Shown here one piece after another: positions 19,328 to 28,601 of a stretch of 64,000 nt of DNA; positions within the stretch are counted from its first letter, which is position 1; every line of letters begins with the position of its first letter. The notes under the pieces were generated by a model. The model was not told the origin of the DNA, ran no database searches, and saw only the letters and a program-made list of their open reading frames with translations. The position numbers and the translations under genes are program-made. The stretch lies in assembly GCF_051058965.1 (NCBI RefSeq), contig NZ_CP183924.1; one strand, 5' to 3'. Source of the stretch: Corallococcus exiguus. GTDB taxonomy: Bacteria > Myxococcota > Myxococcia > Myxococcales > Myxococcaceae.

Positions 19328-22159
19328 TCAGCCGTTGAGCACCTTCACGGCTTTGACCATGTCCGGGGCCAACTCCTCGTGTTCCACGAGGGTGAACCCC
19401 AGCTTCTTGCTGACGGCCTGCATGCCGCGGTTGCGCGTGAGGATGTCCGCGACGATGCGGCGCAGGCCCCAGTCCCTTCCAATGTCCACCAGCCGCCGCA
19501 ACAGCTCCGTGCCCAGGCCCAGGCGCTGGGCGGGGTCGCTGACGGTGATGGCGAACTCCGCGTCCTTCGTGCCGCGCAGGCGCGTGAGCCGGCCCACCGC
19601 CAGAATCTCTCCTCCGCCCTTCCCGTCTGGCGACGGCCGCTCGGCGACGAGCGCCATTTCGCGCGCGTAGTCGTTGAAGCAGATGCGCGCCAGGCGCTCA
19701 TGGGCCACGCGCTGGCTGAGCTTCATCAGGCCCGCGTAGCGCATGAACACGGTCTGCTCGGAGAGCGCCTGGTGGAAGCGGCCCATGGCGGGCTCGTCCT
19801 CCGGGCGGATGGGGCGCACCAGGAGCTGCTCGCCGTTCTTCAGCGTGAGCAGCTTCGCGTACTGGTGCGGGTACGGTTCGATGGCGAGCTTCGGCAGCGC
19901 CGCGGCCGGGACCTCTGGCGGGTGCAGCACCACGCGCGCGTCCAGCGCGATGATGCGCTCGCCGGAGACGAGCAGCGGGTTGATGTCCAGCTCGCGGATG
20001 AGCGGCTGCTCCACCACCAGTTGGCTGAAGCGCACCATCAGCCGCTCCAGCGCGCCCATGTCCACGGGGGCCCGGCCGCGCACGCCCTTGAGCGCGTGGT
20101 GGATGCGCGTGCGCTCCATCATGCGTCGCGCCAGCGTGGTGGTGAGGGGCGGCAGGCCCAGGGCACGGTCCTGCATCACCTCCACCAGCGTGCCGCCCGC
20201 GCCGAAGAGCAGCACCGGCCCGAACTGCGCGTCCAGGCTGCTGCCCAGAATCAGCTCGTAGCCGTCCAGCTTCGCCATGGGCTGCACGGTGACGCCCTGG
20301 AACGCGTCCTGGAGGCCCCGCTCCACGAGCGCGTCTCGGATGGCGCGCCAGGCATCCCGCACCTGCGCCTCGTCGCGCAGGTCCAACCGCACGCCGCCCA
20401 CGTCCGTCTTGTGCGTCACCGTGAGCGAGTTCAGCTTGAGCACCACGGGGAAGCCCAGCGCGCGGGCCTTCTCCACCGCCTCGTCCTCGGACGTGGCGAG
20501 CCACGTCTCCACGGTGGGGATGCCGTAGGCGGCCAGCAGGCGCTTGGATTCGTATTCGGACAGGAGGGTGCGGCCGGAGGCGCGGGCTTCGTCCACCAGG
20601 GCGCGCGCCACGTCGCGGGCTCCGCCGGTGGGCTCCTCCGCCAGCGTGGGCGTCTCATAGAGCCCGGCGATGTTGTCCGAGTAGCGCCACATGTAGTTGA
20701 AGACGCGGGCCGCGGTGTCCGGGTAACCGAAGGTCGGGATGCCCGCGTCGTTGAGGATGCGCTCGCCGGCGGCGACTTCCGAACCGCCCATCCAGCTGGC
20801 GAGCACGGGCTTGCCGGGCAGCTTCGCGTAGCCCTTGAGACGGTCCGCCGTCTTGGTGGGCTCCGTCATGTCCTGCGGCGTGAGGATGACGAGCAGGCCG
20901 TCGCTGTTGGGGTCCGCGCCGGTGGTCTCCAGCGCCTTCGCGTAGCGCTCCGCGTCCGCGTCTCCCAGGATGTCCACCGGGTTGGCGTGGCTCCAAGGCG
21001 GCGGCAGGAAGCCGTCCAGCTGCTTCTTGGTGTCGTCGGACAGCACGGCCAGCTCGCCGCCACCGGACACGAGCGCGTCCGTGGCGAGCACCGCGGGGCC
21101 GCCCGCGTTGGTGAGCAGCGTGAGCCTGCGGCCGGAGGGCCGGGGCTGGCGGGCCAGCACCTCCGCCATGTGGAACAGGTCCTCGATGGAGTCCACGCGC
21201 AGCACGCCCGCGCGGCGGAAGGCGGCGGAGAGCACCTCGTCGCTGCCGGCGAGCGTGCCGGTGTGGGACGCGGCGGCCTGCGCGGCCTGCGCGGTGCGGC
21301 CGGCCTTGATGACGATGATGGGCTTGGTGAGGGCCACCTCGCGCGCGGCGGACAGGAAGGCGCGCGCGTCGCCGATGGACTCCATGTACAGCAGGATGGA
21401 GCGCGTCATCGGATCATCCGCGAGGAAGTCGATGAGGTCTCCCCAGCCCACGTCCAGCATGGAGCCCACGGAGACAAAGGCGCTGAAGCCCACGGCCTCG
21501 CGGAGGCTCCAGTCGAGGATGGAGGTGAGCAGCGCGCCGGACTGGCTGATGAAGGCCACGTTGCCGGGGCGGGCCATGCCCTTGGCGAAGGTGGCGTTGA
21601 AGCCGCTCGTGGGGCGCATCACGCCCAGGCAGTTGGGGCCGATGATGCGCAGGTTCGCGGCCTGCGCGATGTGCAGCACCTCCTGCTCCAGCTTCGCGCC
21701 CTCCGGGCCCGTCTCCTTGAAGCCCGCGGAGATGATGATGGCGCCCTTGACGCCGACCTCCGCGCACTCGCGGATGATGGCCGGCACGGACTTCGCGGGC
21801 GTGACGATGACGGCCAGGTCCACGGGCTCCGGCAGCGCGCGCAGGGACGGCCACGCCTTGATTCCGAGCACGTTGGGGCGCTGCGGGTTCACCGGGTAGA
21901 CGGTGCCGCCGAACGGGCTGCTGATGAGGTTCCAGAGGACGGTGCGGCCCACGCTGCCGGGGCGCTCGCTCGCCCCCACCACCGCGACGCTGCGGGGGGA
22001 GAAGATGACCTCCAGCGGCTGACGGGTCCGCTGGTGGAGCAGGTCGATGGAAGGGTCCGTCCGGGCCGGGGGCGTGGCGGGGCGTTGCTCGTCCATGGTG
22101 CGCTCGTATTCGGTGGGTGGCCGTACCGGAGCAATCTCCGGCAGGCCCCCATCGTGCAC
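19328..22159 (-). CDS. bifunctional acyl-CoA synthetase (NDP-forming)/GNAT N-acetyltransferase, Pat-like protein lysine acetyltransferase
   Basis: N-terminal CoA-binding domain ([14 protein letters not shown]), succinyl-CoA-synthetase-like flavodoxin and ATP-grasp domains, C-terminal GNAT (…[20 protein letters not shown]…). ~920-943 aa. Probable start MDEQRP at ~22096. Confidence 0.8.
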   Translation of the reverse strand: MHDGGLPEIAPVRPPTEYERTMDEQRPATPPARTDPSIDLLHQRTRQPLEVIFSPRSVAVVGASERPGSVGRTVLWNLISSPFGGTVYPVNPQRPNVLGIKAWPSLRALPEPVDLAVIVTPAKSVPAIIRECAEVGVKGAIIISAGFKETGPEGAKLEQEVLHIAQAANLRIIGPNCLGVMRPTSGFNATFAKGMARPGNVAFISQSGALLTSILDWSLREAVGFSAFVSVGSMLDVGWGDLIDFLADDPMTRSILLYMESIGDARAFLSAAREVALTKPIIVIKAGRTAQAAQAAASHTGTLAGSDEVLSAAFRRAGVLRVDSIEDLFHMAEVLARQPRPSGRRLTLLTNAGGPAVLATDALVSGGGELAVLSDDTKKQLDGFLPPPWSHANPVDILGDADAERYAKALETTGADPNSDGLLVILTPQDMTEPTKTADRLKGYAKLPGKPVLASWMGGSEVAAGERILNDAGIPTFGYPDTAARVFNYMWRYSDNIAGLYETPTLAEEPTGGARDVARALVDEARASGRTLLSEYESKRLLAAYGIPTVETWLATSEDEAVEKARALGFPVVLKLNSLTVTHKTDVGGVRLDLRDEAQVRDAWRAIRDALVERGLQDAFQGVTVQPMAKLDGYELILGSSLDAQFGPVLLFGAGGTLVEVMQDRALGLPPLTTTLARRMMERTRIHHALKGVRGRAPVDMGALERLMVRFSQLVVEQPLIRELDINPLLVSGERIIALDARVVLHPPEVPAAALPKLAIEPYPHQYAKLLTLKNGEQLLVRPIRPEDEPAMGRFHQALSEQTVFMRYAGLMKLSQRVAHERLARICFNDYAREMALVAERPSPDGKGGGEILAVGRLTRLRGTKDAEFAITVSDPAQRLGLGTELLRRLVDIGRDWGLRRIVADILTRNRGMQAVSKKLGFTLVEHEELAPDMVKAVKVLNG

Positions 22160-22234
22160 CAGTTGTGAGGAAGGGGACGGGGCAGCGGACGTTTCCCCAT
22201 CCTGTTCCTTATGCGAGCGAACGGGCGGACGCCG

Positions 22235-23128
22235 TCACGACGCGCGAGCCTGCTCCACCACCGGCTTGAGCACGGTGCTGGCGAACTCCGCCAGCGTGGT
22301 GGGCGTGGTGGTCTCCTTCGAGCGGGGCTCGGCCGGGTCCATGCGCCCGTCCTGAATGGCGCCGTACATCTCCACGAAGGTGTCCGCCGCGAAAGCGGGC
22401 ATGCCCGCGCCCGTCATGCCGTTGCGCAGGTCCTCCAGTCCCACCCGCACGTACTTCACGGGCTGGCCCAGCACCTGGGTGAGGATGCTGGCGACCTCCG
22501 GATAGGTGAGGTCCTTGGGCCCGTGGACGCCCACATAGCGGTGGCCCGTCCACGACGGGTCCAGGAGCACCTCGGCGGCCTTGGCCGCGATGTCCGCGGT
22601 GGCGACCATGGGGAAGGCCTTCGTCTCCGGGCTCGCGCTGAAGAGCGCGCCGGCCTTCGCCAGGCCCTGCACGTCGCGAAGCAGGTTCTCCATGAAGAAA
22701 CCCGCGCGCAGGCTGACGACGTTGGGGGCCGCCGCCTGGAAGGCCTCTTCAATGGGCTTCAGCACGGACACCGGCCCCGTGCCCGGACCGCTCTGCGCGC
22801 CGACGCTGGAGAGGATCACCACGCGCTTCACGCCGTGCGCCTTCACGCGCTCCGCGGCCATCTTGCCGTTGGCCTTCGCCCAGTCCTGGAAGTCCGGGCG
22901 GATGGCGGGCGGCGACAACCAGAACAGCGCCTCCGCGCCAACGAGCGCCGCGTCCAGCGTGGCCTGCTCTTCGATGGAGCCCTGCACCACCTTCGCGCCC
23001 TGCTTCACCAGGTCCGCCACCTTCTCCGGCGTGCGGGAGATGATCGTGACCTTCCGGCCCGCCTTCAGCAGCTTCTCCACGAGGGGACGGCCGATGTTGC
23101 CATTCGGGGTGTTGATGACGATGGACAT
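22235..23128 (-). CDS. NmrA-family NAD(P)H-binding oxidoreductase/SDR
   Basis: Start MSIVINTPNGNIGRPLVEKLLKAGRKVTIISR is a Rossmann GxxGxxG-type N-terminus. 297 aa. The listed 627-aa ORF 22235..24118 is an upstream read-through artefact. Confidence 0.75.
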   Translation of the reverse strand: MSIVINTPNGNIGRPLVEKLLKAGRKVTIISRTPEKVADLVKQGAKVVQGSIEEQATLDAALVGAEALFWLSPPAIRPDFQDWAKANGKMAAERVKAHGVKRVVILSSVGAQSGPGTGPVSVLKPIEEAFQAAAPNVVSLRAGFFMENLLRDVQGLAKAGALFSASPETKAFPMVATADIAAKAAEVLLDPSWTGHRYVGVHGPKDLTYPEVASILTQVLGQPVKYVRVGLEDLRNGMTGAGMPAFAADTFVEMYGAIQDGRMDPAEPRSKETTTPTTLAEFASTVLKPVVEQARAS

Positions 23129-23145
23129 GGGGTGCCTCCAGCGAC

Positions 23146-23172
23146 AGCGAGATGGCGCAACAGTGCTCTCGC
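23146..23172. promoter_or_regulatory. candidate LysR-binding palindrome (GCGAGA-N15-TCTCGC) in the divergent NmrA/LysR intergenic region
   Basis: An inverted repeat read directly in the ~80-bp intergenic region between divergent genes. This is the typical location of T-N11-A-type LysR boxes. Confidence 0.35.
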
Positions 23173-23209
23173 GCCATTCATGAGGCCACTGCATGCTATG
23201 CATGCGCCC

Positions 23210-24211
23210 ATGCGCCGCGCTCATGAAACCCCAGCGCCCTCCCCCGTGGAGGTCGACCTCTCCGGCATCAACCTCAACCTGATGGTGACGCTGGACGCGC
23301 TCCTGAAGGAGGCGCACGTCACCCGCGCCGCCGCGCGCGTGGGCCTCACCCAGTCCGCGATGAGCCATGCGCTCGCGCAGCTGCGGGAGTTGCTGGGCGA
23401 CGCGCTGCTCATCCGCGGCCGGGGCGGCATGGTGCTGACACCTCGCGCGCAGCAGCTGGCCGCGCCGCTCAAACGGGGACTGGCGGAGCTGCGCCGTGCC
23501 CTGCGCGACGAGCCCGCGTTCGATCCCGCCACCGCGACCCGCCGCTTCACCGTGGCCACGCGCGACTTCTTCGGGTCGGTGCTGCTGCCGGGCGCGCTGG
23601 AGCTCCTGGGCCGCGAGGCTCCCGGCGTGGACCTGTCCGTGTTGCACGTGGACAGCAACACCTTCGCCGGCCAGTTGGAGACGGGCGAGGTGGACCTGGC
23701 CATCATCGTCGCGCCCGTGCCGTCCGGGCCGGGCCTGCGCCAGCAGAAGCTCCTCACCGAGGACTTCGTCTGCGTGGTGCGCAAGGACCACCCCACCGTG
23801 CGCCGCACGCTGGACGTGGACACCTACCTGAAGCTGTCCCACATCCTCATCAGCCCCAAAGGCGACGGCGTGGGCGCGGTGGACCTGGCCCTGGCCCAGC
23901 GCGGCCTGCCCCCGCGCCGCATCGCCGTGCGGGTGCCCTACTTCCTCATCGCGCCGCTGGCGGTGTCGCGCTCGGACCACGTCCTCACCGCGCCCCGCCG
24001 CCTCATCGCCTCGTTCCGCGACGCGTACGAACTCCAGGTCTTCCCCCCGCCCATCCCCTTGCGCCCCTTCGACATCCTCCAGGTCTGGCACGAGCGCTTC
24101 GACGGCGACCCCGCGCACCAGTGGCTCCGCGGATTGGTGGCACGGTCCGTCGACGTAGGGTCTGAAAACACCCGGACTTCACGAAGGGTGCGGCGCGCGC
24201 CAGCTTCCTGA
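23210..24211 (+). CDS. LysR-family transcriptional regulator (divergent from NmrA-like gene)
   Basis: LNLMVTLDALLKEAHVTRAAARVGLTQSAMSHALAQLRELLG is an HTH. Alternative in-frame starts at 23180 and 23198. Full substrate-binding domain present (~333 aa). Confidence 0.8.
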   Translation: MRRAHETPAPSPVEVDLSGINLNLMVTLDALLKEAHVTRAAARVGLTQSAMSHALAQLRELLGDALLIRGRGGMVLTPRAQQLAAPLKRGLAELRRALRDEPAFDPATATRRFTVATRDFFGSVLLPGALELLGREAPGVDLSVLHVDSNTFAGQLETGEVDLAIIVAPVPSGPGLRQQKLLTEDFVCVVRKDHPTVRRTLDVDTYLKLSHILISPKGDGVGAVDLALAQRGLPPRRIAVRVPYFLIAPLAVSRSDHVLTAPRRLIASFRDAYELQVFPPPIPLRPFDILQVWHERFDGDPAHQWLRGLVARSVDVGSENTRTSRRVRRAPAS

Positions 24212-24290
24212 CACTCGGGGGACGCGACACTGAACGTCAGTACACAGGTGGGGGAGCATCGCATGGGGGGCTTCGTGTAGGGTGCTCCCC

Positions 24291-24908
24291 ATGAATCCTG
24301 AGAAGCTTGTCTTCGCCCAGACCGTCGACGCGCTCTTCGTCCGCGCGCTGGAGAACCGCCTGACGCCGGCGTGCCGCGAGCACCTGAAGCGGGCGGGGCT
24401 GGACCTCGACAAAAAGCTGGAGCGCTCCTATTCGCTGGAGCAGTGGCGGGAGTTCCTGCGCATCGCGGCCGGGCACGTCTACGGCGGCGTGCCGGCGGAG
24501 GCCGCGTACTACTCCCTGGGCGAGCGCTTCATGGACGCCTACTTCGGCACCTTCTTTGGCCGCGCACTCCTGGGCGTGGGCCGGCTGGCCGGTCCCCGGC
24601 GGATGCTGCTGCGGGCGGACCTGGGCTTTCGCGCCGGCAACAACTTCAGTGAAATCAAAATCGTGGAGCGCAGCGCGACGTCACTAGAGCTCTGGATGAA
24701 CGACGTGCTGGCGGATCAGCCGACGTTCGCGGCGGGGTTGCTGGCGCGCGCGGTGGCGCTGTGCGGGGGCTGGCGGGTGGTGGCGCTGCCGGAGGAGTTC
24801 GACGGCACGGCGGCGACGTTCCACCTGCGCTGGAGCGAGGCCTCCGCGGAAGGGGCGCTCAGCGCCACTGAGGATGGGTCCGGAGGCGACGCTCGACCTC
24901 AGGCGTGA
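24291..24908 (+). CDS. DUF2378 / 'Myxococcus xanthus paralogous family' (TIGR02265-like) protein
   Basis: N-terminus MNPEKLVFAQTVDALFVRALE... matches the conserved start of this myxobacterial paralogous family. ~205 aa. Confidence 0.7.
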   Translation: MNPEKLVFAQTVDALFVRALENRLTPACREHLKRAGLDLDKKLERSYSLEQWREFLRIAAGHVYGGVPAEAAYYSLGERFMDAYFGTFFGRALLGVGRLAGPRRMLLRADLGFRAGNNFSEIKIVERSATSLELWMNDVLADQPTFAAGLLARAVALCGGWRVVALPEEFDGTAATFHLRWSEASAEGALSATEDGSGGDARPQA

Positions 24909-25710
24909 GGGTGCCCCCGTGCGGGGCCCGGGAGGACGAGCGCTCCCAGCGCTCCAGCCATCGGGTCCCCAGCGGGGCGGCCAGTGTTTCGTAGCGGGTC
25001 GAGGCCACGGTGGTCTCCCCCTTGGCGCCGGTGGACACGCCGGCGCCCACGTAGAACCCCGCGAGCAGCAGCGTGACGCGGGTGGGCGTGGCCGCGCTGT
25101 AGGTCATCAGCAGGGCGCCCTCTCCGTCTTCCCGGCAATGCCGGCGCACCCGGGCGAGGACGGCTTCGGTCCACATGTCCGGGTTGGACGCAGGTGAGAA
25201 CGGGTCGAAGAAGACGAGGTCCGCCGGGGGCAGGCCCGCGTCCGGCTCCAGGAAGGGCACCGCGTCCCCCAGCTTGAGGGTCCACTGGATGCCGGGCTCG
25301 CTCCAGGCGCCGTGCTTCATGAGGCTTTCAGCGGCTTCGCGGAACGGCTGGAGGAAGGGGAAGCCCTCCGCGTCCGCGAGCGCGAGCCGCAGCGGGGCCA
25401 GGTCCACCTCGAAGCTGACGATGTGCAGGTCGCGGGCGCGGTCCGGGCCCAGTTCGCGGGCGCGGGTGAGCGCGGCGACGGCGTTGGTGGCGGCGCCCAG
25501 GCCCACGTCGTGGATGACGAGCGGCGGGCCGGGCTGGCGCAGGCGGTCCGCGAGGCCGGGCTGGTCGACGTAGAGGCGCAGGGCCTCCTGCCACGGGCCC
25601 ACCGCGGGGTGCATGACCTCGCCATGGCCCAGGTGGCGCACGGCGCGGTGACCGTTGCGAAGGGTGACGAGTTCGAAGTCGCCGTCGCGCGGATGGGAGG
25701 GCTCGGACAT
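24859..25710 (-). CDS. stand-alone MnmC-like (DUF752) SAM-dependent methyltransferase domain protein
   Basis: IHDVGLGAATN resembles the MnmC methyltransferase-domain 'ETGFGTGLN' motif. FFDPFSPASNPDMWT resembles 'DGFAPAKNPELW'. 283 aa. The listed ORF over-extends to 26568. Confidence 0.65.
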   Translation of the reverse strand: MSEPSHPRDGDFELVTLRNGHRAVRHLGHGEVMHPAVGPWQEALRLYVDQPGLADRLRQPGPPLVIHDVGLGAATNAVAALTRARELGPDRARDLHIVSFEVDLAPLRLALADAEGFPFLQPFREAAESLMKHGAWSEPGIQWTLKLGDAVPFLEPDAGLPPADLVFFDPFSPASNPDMWTEAVLARVRRHCREDGEGALLMTYSAATPTRVTLLLAGFYVGAGVSTGAKGETTVASTRYETLAAPLGTRWLERWERSSSRAPHGGTLTPEVERRLRTHPQWR

Positions 25711-25758
25711 GGGGCTCCTGGCCTGGAGGGGACGTGTGGGAAAGGATGGGTGCCTAGC

Positions 25759-26742
25759 ATGACGACTCCAGGGCAGGAACATCGGGGCGCGCTTCACGGG
25801 GAGGACGTCCGGCACGGGGAGGCTCCGTTCGAGGGCGGCCGGGTGCGGCTGTCGCTGCGGGTGGAGGCGGGAACGCGCACGGTGCTGGCGGCGGCGTGGG
25901 AGGCGTCGGTGGATACGGGGCATCCGCTGGCGGCGTGCCTGGAGTCGCTGTGTCAGAACGCGGTGGGCATGGCGGTGGACGTGTTCCTGCGCTTCGACGA
26001 CTTCCACCTGCGCGCGGGGTGTCCGGACGGGCTGGAGGCGACGGAGGAGGCGGGGCTGGCGGTGCGGGTGTTCCGGCTGGCCTTCAGCCAGTTCCACCCC
26101 CGGGCCACGGGGCCCGCGTACCTGTCGAGCGGGCTGGTGCTGGCGAAGCTGCCCCGGGGCGTGCTGCCTGAGTGGGACGAGCCGGGGTTCTACTTCGCGC
26201 ACTACTACCGCGAGGAGCTGTGGGCCTCGGCGGTAGAGGAGGCGCGCCGGGGTGGCGTGCTGGGGCCACGAGCGGCGTGTGCGTACATCGATGCGCTGCT
26301 GGCGAAGGCCGACGACGCGGTGGAGCTGGACTGGCCCGTGGAGCAGGGCACGGCGACCTGGGACTGGCTGACGCGTGTGTGCCTGCCGGCGGTGACGGGG
26401 GGCGCGGAGCGGACAAGGCGGTTGCTGGAAGGGGGGTACGGGGGCGCGAGCGGCACGGGGAGCTTCCCCTTCGGGCACCTGGACGGAGGGCCGTGGCATC
26501 CGCCGGTGGGGCTGCCTGAGCCGGAGGATGTGGGGCACGCGGAGTTCATCCTCGGGGATTTGGAGCACCTGCTGCCGGAGCTACCGAAGGATGGCGTGCT
26601 GCTGGCCGCGCCCCGGTGGATGGCGGTGGGACAGACGCAGGACTCCCCTGCCCTGCGCCGGGCGGATATCTCCAGTGAAGAGGCCGGGGGCTTCGGCCTG
26701 TTCAACGCGGCGGCGCACGACGTGGGTGAAGACGATGATTGA
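25759..26742 (+). CDS. hypothetical cytoplasmic protein with acidic C-terminus (first gene of overlapping three-gene cassette)
   Basis: ATG at 25759 preceded by GGAAAGGATGG. Clear GC3 bias. Ends ...HDVGEDDD, with its stop overlapping the start of the next gene (ATGATTGA). No known domain. Confidence 0.55.
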   Translation: MTTPGQEHRGALHGEDVRHGEAPFEGGRVRLSLRVEAGTRTVLAAAWEASVDTGHPLAACLESLCQNAVGMAVDVFLRFDDFHLRAGCPDGLEATEEAGLAVRVFRLAFSQFHPRATGPAYLSSGLVLAKLPRGVLPEWDEPGFYFAHYYREELWASAVEEARRGGVLGPRAACAYIDALLAKADDAVELDWPVEQGTATWDWLTRVCLPAVTGGAERTRRLLEGGYGGASGTGSFPFGHLDGGPWHPPVGLPEPEDVGHAEFILGDLEHLLPELPKDGVLLAAPRWMAVGQTQDSPALRRADISSEEAGGFGLFNAAAHDVGEDDD

Positions 26743-27475
26743 GTTGCGCCTCCTGGGTGGGCTGGTGGCCCTGCTCTGTCTGTCGTGCGCTTCGGGTCCA
26801 AGGCAGTACGCGCAGACCACGGACTCCGCGACCAGTGCATGTCTGCGCAATCCCACCTGTTACACGCAGCCGGGGGATGAAGCGTTCCTGCCTTGGATGG
26901 ACAAGGCCGTGAGGGCAGCGGCCACTGCGGGAGCCACGATGAAGCTCCTGGAGGCTGCGGACGTGGCCCGCATCGAGCACCTGTTGGTGGAGTGCGCGAA
27001 GGAAGCGGACTTCATCGTCAACGAACGTGAGTACGGCCAGGGGAAATACCCGAACGACAAGGAGTGCTTGCGCGTGGTGGGCTACGACAAGAACGGCGTT
27101 CCCATCCGACGGCAGGCCGAGCTTGGGACGATGAAGCATGACGTCGCCTTCGCATGCGTTCAGCGAGAGGTCCGCCGACTCTTTCCCGACAATGTCTCAA
27201 TCGAGCCTCGCTACGGGACCTCCCCTACGTCAGGTGGCCCCACAATGACGAACATATGGAAGGGCTCGAAGAAGCCCGACATCGTCCTTCATGCCACTGG
27301 CCAGCCGCTCCAGATCCAATGCATTTTCGACCTCAAGTTCCCGTGCACGCTGAAAAGCAAGGGCGACCCCCTCTCCAACGACGGAACCCGTGAACAAATG
27401 TCCCGCTACGCGGAGTTGAGAGGAAAGTGCAAGCCCGCGATCATCACGCCCCAGTTTGGAGTCGTGCGTGAGTAA
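26735..27475 (+). CDS. Cys-rich lipoprotein with PD-(D/E)xK nuclease-like signature (candidate lipoprotein toxin)
   Basis: MIELRLLGGLVALLCLSCAS is a lipobox. The N-terminal region has five Cys. The C-terminal region has a helix Glu (VQREVRRLF), then PDIVLH, then 15 aa later IFDLK. This fits the E...PD...(D/E)xK restriction-endonuclease fold signature. Confidence 0.6.
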   Translation: MIELRLLGGLVALLCLSCASGPRQYAQTTDSATSACLRNPTCYTQPGDEAFLPWMDKAVRAAATAGATMKLLEAADVARIEHLLVECAKEADFIVNEREYGQGKYPNDKECLRVVGYDKNGVPIRRQAELGTMKHDVAFACVQREVRRLFPDNVSIEPRYGTSPTSGGPTMTNIWKGSKKPDIVLHATGQPLQIQCIFDLKFPCTLKSKGDPLSNDGTREQMSRYAELRGKCKPAIITPQFGVVRE

Positions 27476-28472
27476 GTATCCGTTCCTGCAACACTTCGCC
27501 CCGACGCTCCCCCGGGTCCAACTGGTCCTGCGCATCGTGTTCTACCTGCCCCATGACCACGGAGTGCTGGCCCCAGTCCTGCGACGGGTCCTCGACACCT
27601 ATCTCGGATTCATTGCTGCCGGTGGCGGAGCACTGACCTTCGGAGAGGATTCCGACGTCATTGAGGATGCCTTCCCGCTTGAGTCCGAGTTTTGGGAGGA
27701 AGCTCAACGCCACCTCACCAAGCCTCGATTCGAATACCTGGACGACATGGATCAAGACTCCTACTGGTTCCGAAGATTGACCAAGAGGGGTTTCGACACA
27801 TGGGTCATCCTCAAGGGAGGTCATTCGGAGCCAGATGGCTACGAATTCAGTTTCGAGTCTCGGCTCCCATGGAGAGAACCCACTTCCGAGCACAGCGTTC
27901 TGAGCGTGAAGCTCCCGATAAGCTTCCTGGAGACTCAGGGGCCCGAGAAGGCCTTTGCACTGGCACGGTCCCTGGCGGAGCTTCTTCCGTTCTCCACGGG
28001 CCATGCCGGGCTGTCGCTCTCATTCACGCGCGGGAGGTCGAAGCTCCTTCCCCTTCTCAAGGAGCAGCTGTCCAGGCATCCCGGCTGGCACGTTCCACCT
28101 CCGCTGACGTGGGGCTTGGGACCGTGGATCGACGACGTGCACTGGCTGAACTTCCTGGGCCCTCCCCTGCTCGAAACCGTTGGCGGTATCCAGGCACTTC
28201 GCTCGCACCTGAGCCATCCGGAGACCACCGTCCAGGAGCTCACCGGAGGCCGTGCCCTGATCAGCTTGGGCCCCGAGCCGCTCGCGGGGGACACGAAACT
28301 GGGTGAGACACTGCCGGCGTATCGCGAACTGGCCCGGTTCCTGGAGCCCTGGCTCCTGCCCTTCCCCCACGTCAACACCTGGGACGGCTACACCGACGAG
28401 GAGGCCCGTCTCTGGTGGCGCCGCTTCCTGGAGGCCCCTCCCAAGAAAATCTACGACCCACGCGGCGGATGA
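27468..28472 (+). CDS. hypothetical cytoplasmic protein (candidate immunity protein), start overlapping the upstream lipoprotein stop
   Basis: ORF 27456..28472. Probable GTG start at 27468 overlapping GTGAGTAA. ~335 aa with no signal peptide. Rich in Trp/Pro/Leu. No known domain. Confidence 0.55.
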   Translation: MSKYPFLQHFAPTLPRVQLVLRIVFYLPHDHGVLAPVLRRVLDTYLGFIAAGGGALTFGEDSDVIEDAFPLESEFWEEAQRHLTKPRFEYLDDMDQDSYWFRRLTKRGFDTWVILKGGHSEPDGYEFSFESRLPWREPTSEHSVLSVKLPISFLETQGPEKAFALARSLAELLPFSTGHAGLSLSFTRGRSKLLPLLKEQLSRHPGWHVPPPLTWGLGPWIDDVHWLNFLGPPLLETVGGIQALRSHLSHPETTVQELTGGRALISLGPEPLAGDTKLGETLPAYRELARFLEPWLLPFPHVNTWDGYTDEEARLWWRRFLEAPPKKIYDPRGG

Positions 28473-28601
28473 CCGCGCCGGATTTTTTCACGCATTGCCC
28501 CAGCACCCGGCGCACTGATAATCCGCAACCCGGAGTGTTCACGTCGAGCGGCAGGCCGACGGTCGTGGTCGCGCCAGCCCTCGCGGATCGGGGTTTCATC
28601 G

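Noticed and set aside
19379-22168. 929-aa + strand ORF opposite the Pat-like gene
   Set aside because: Antisense shadow. The Pat-like frame has clear CoA-binding and GNAT motifs.
22235-24118. Listed 627-aa minus ORF treated as one gene
   Set aside because: Only the 3' 894 nt (start ATG at 23128, MSIVINTPNG...) encode the NmrA-like protein. The upstream portion is read-through across the intergenic region and antisense to the LysR gene.
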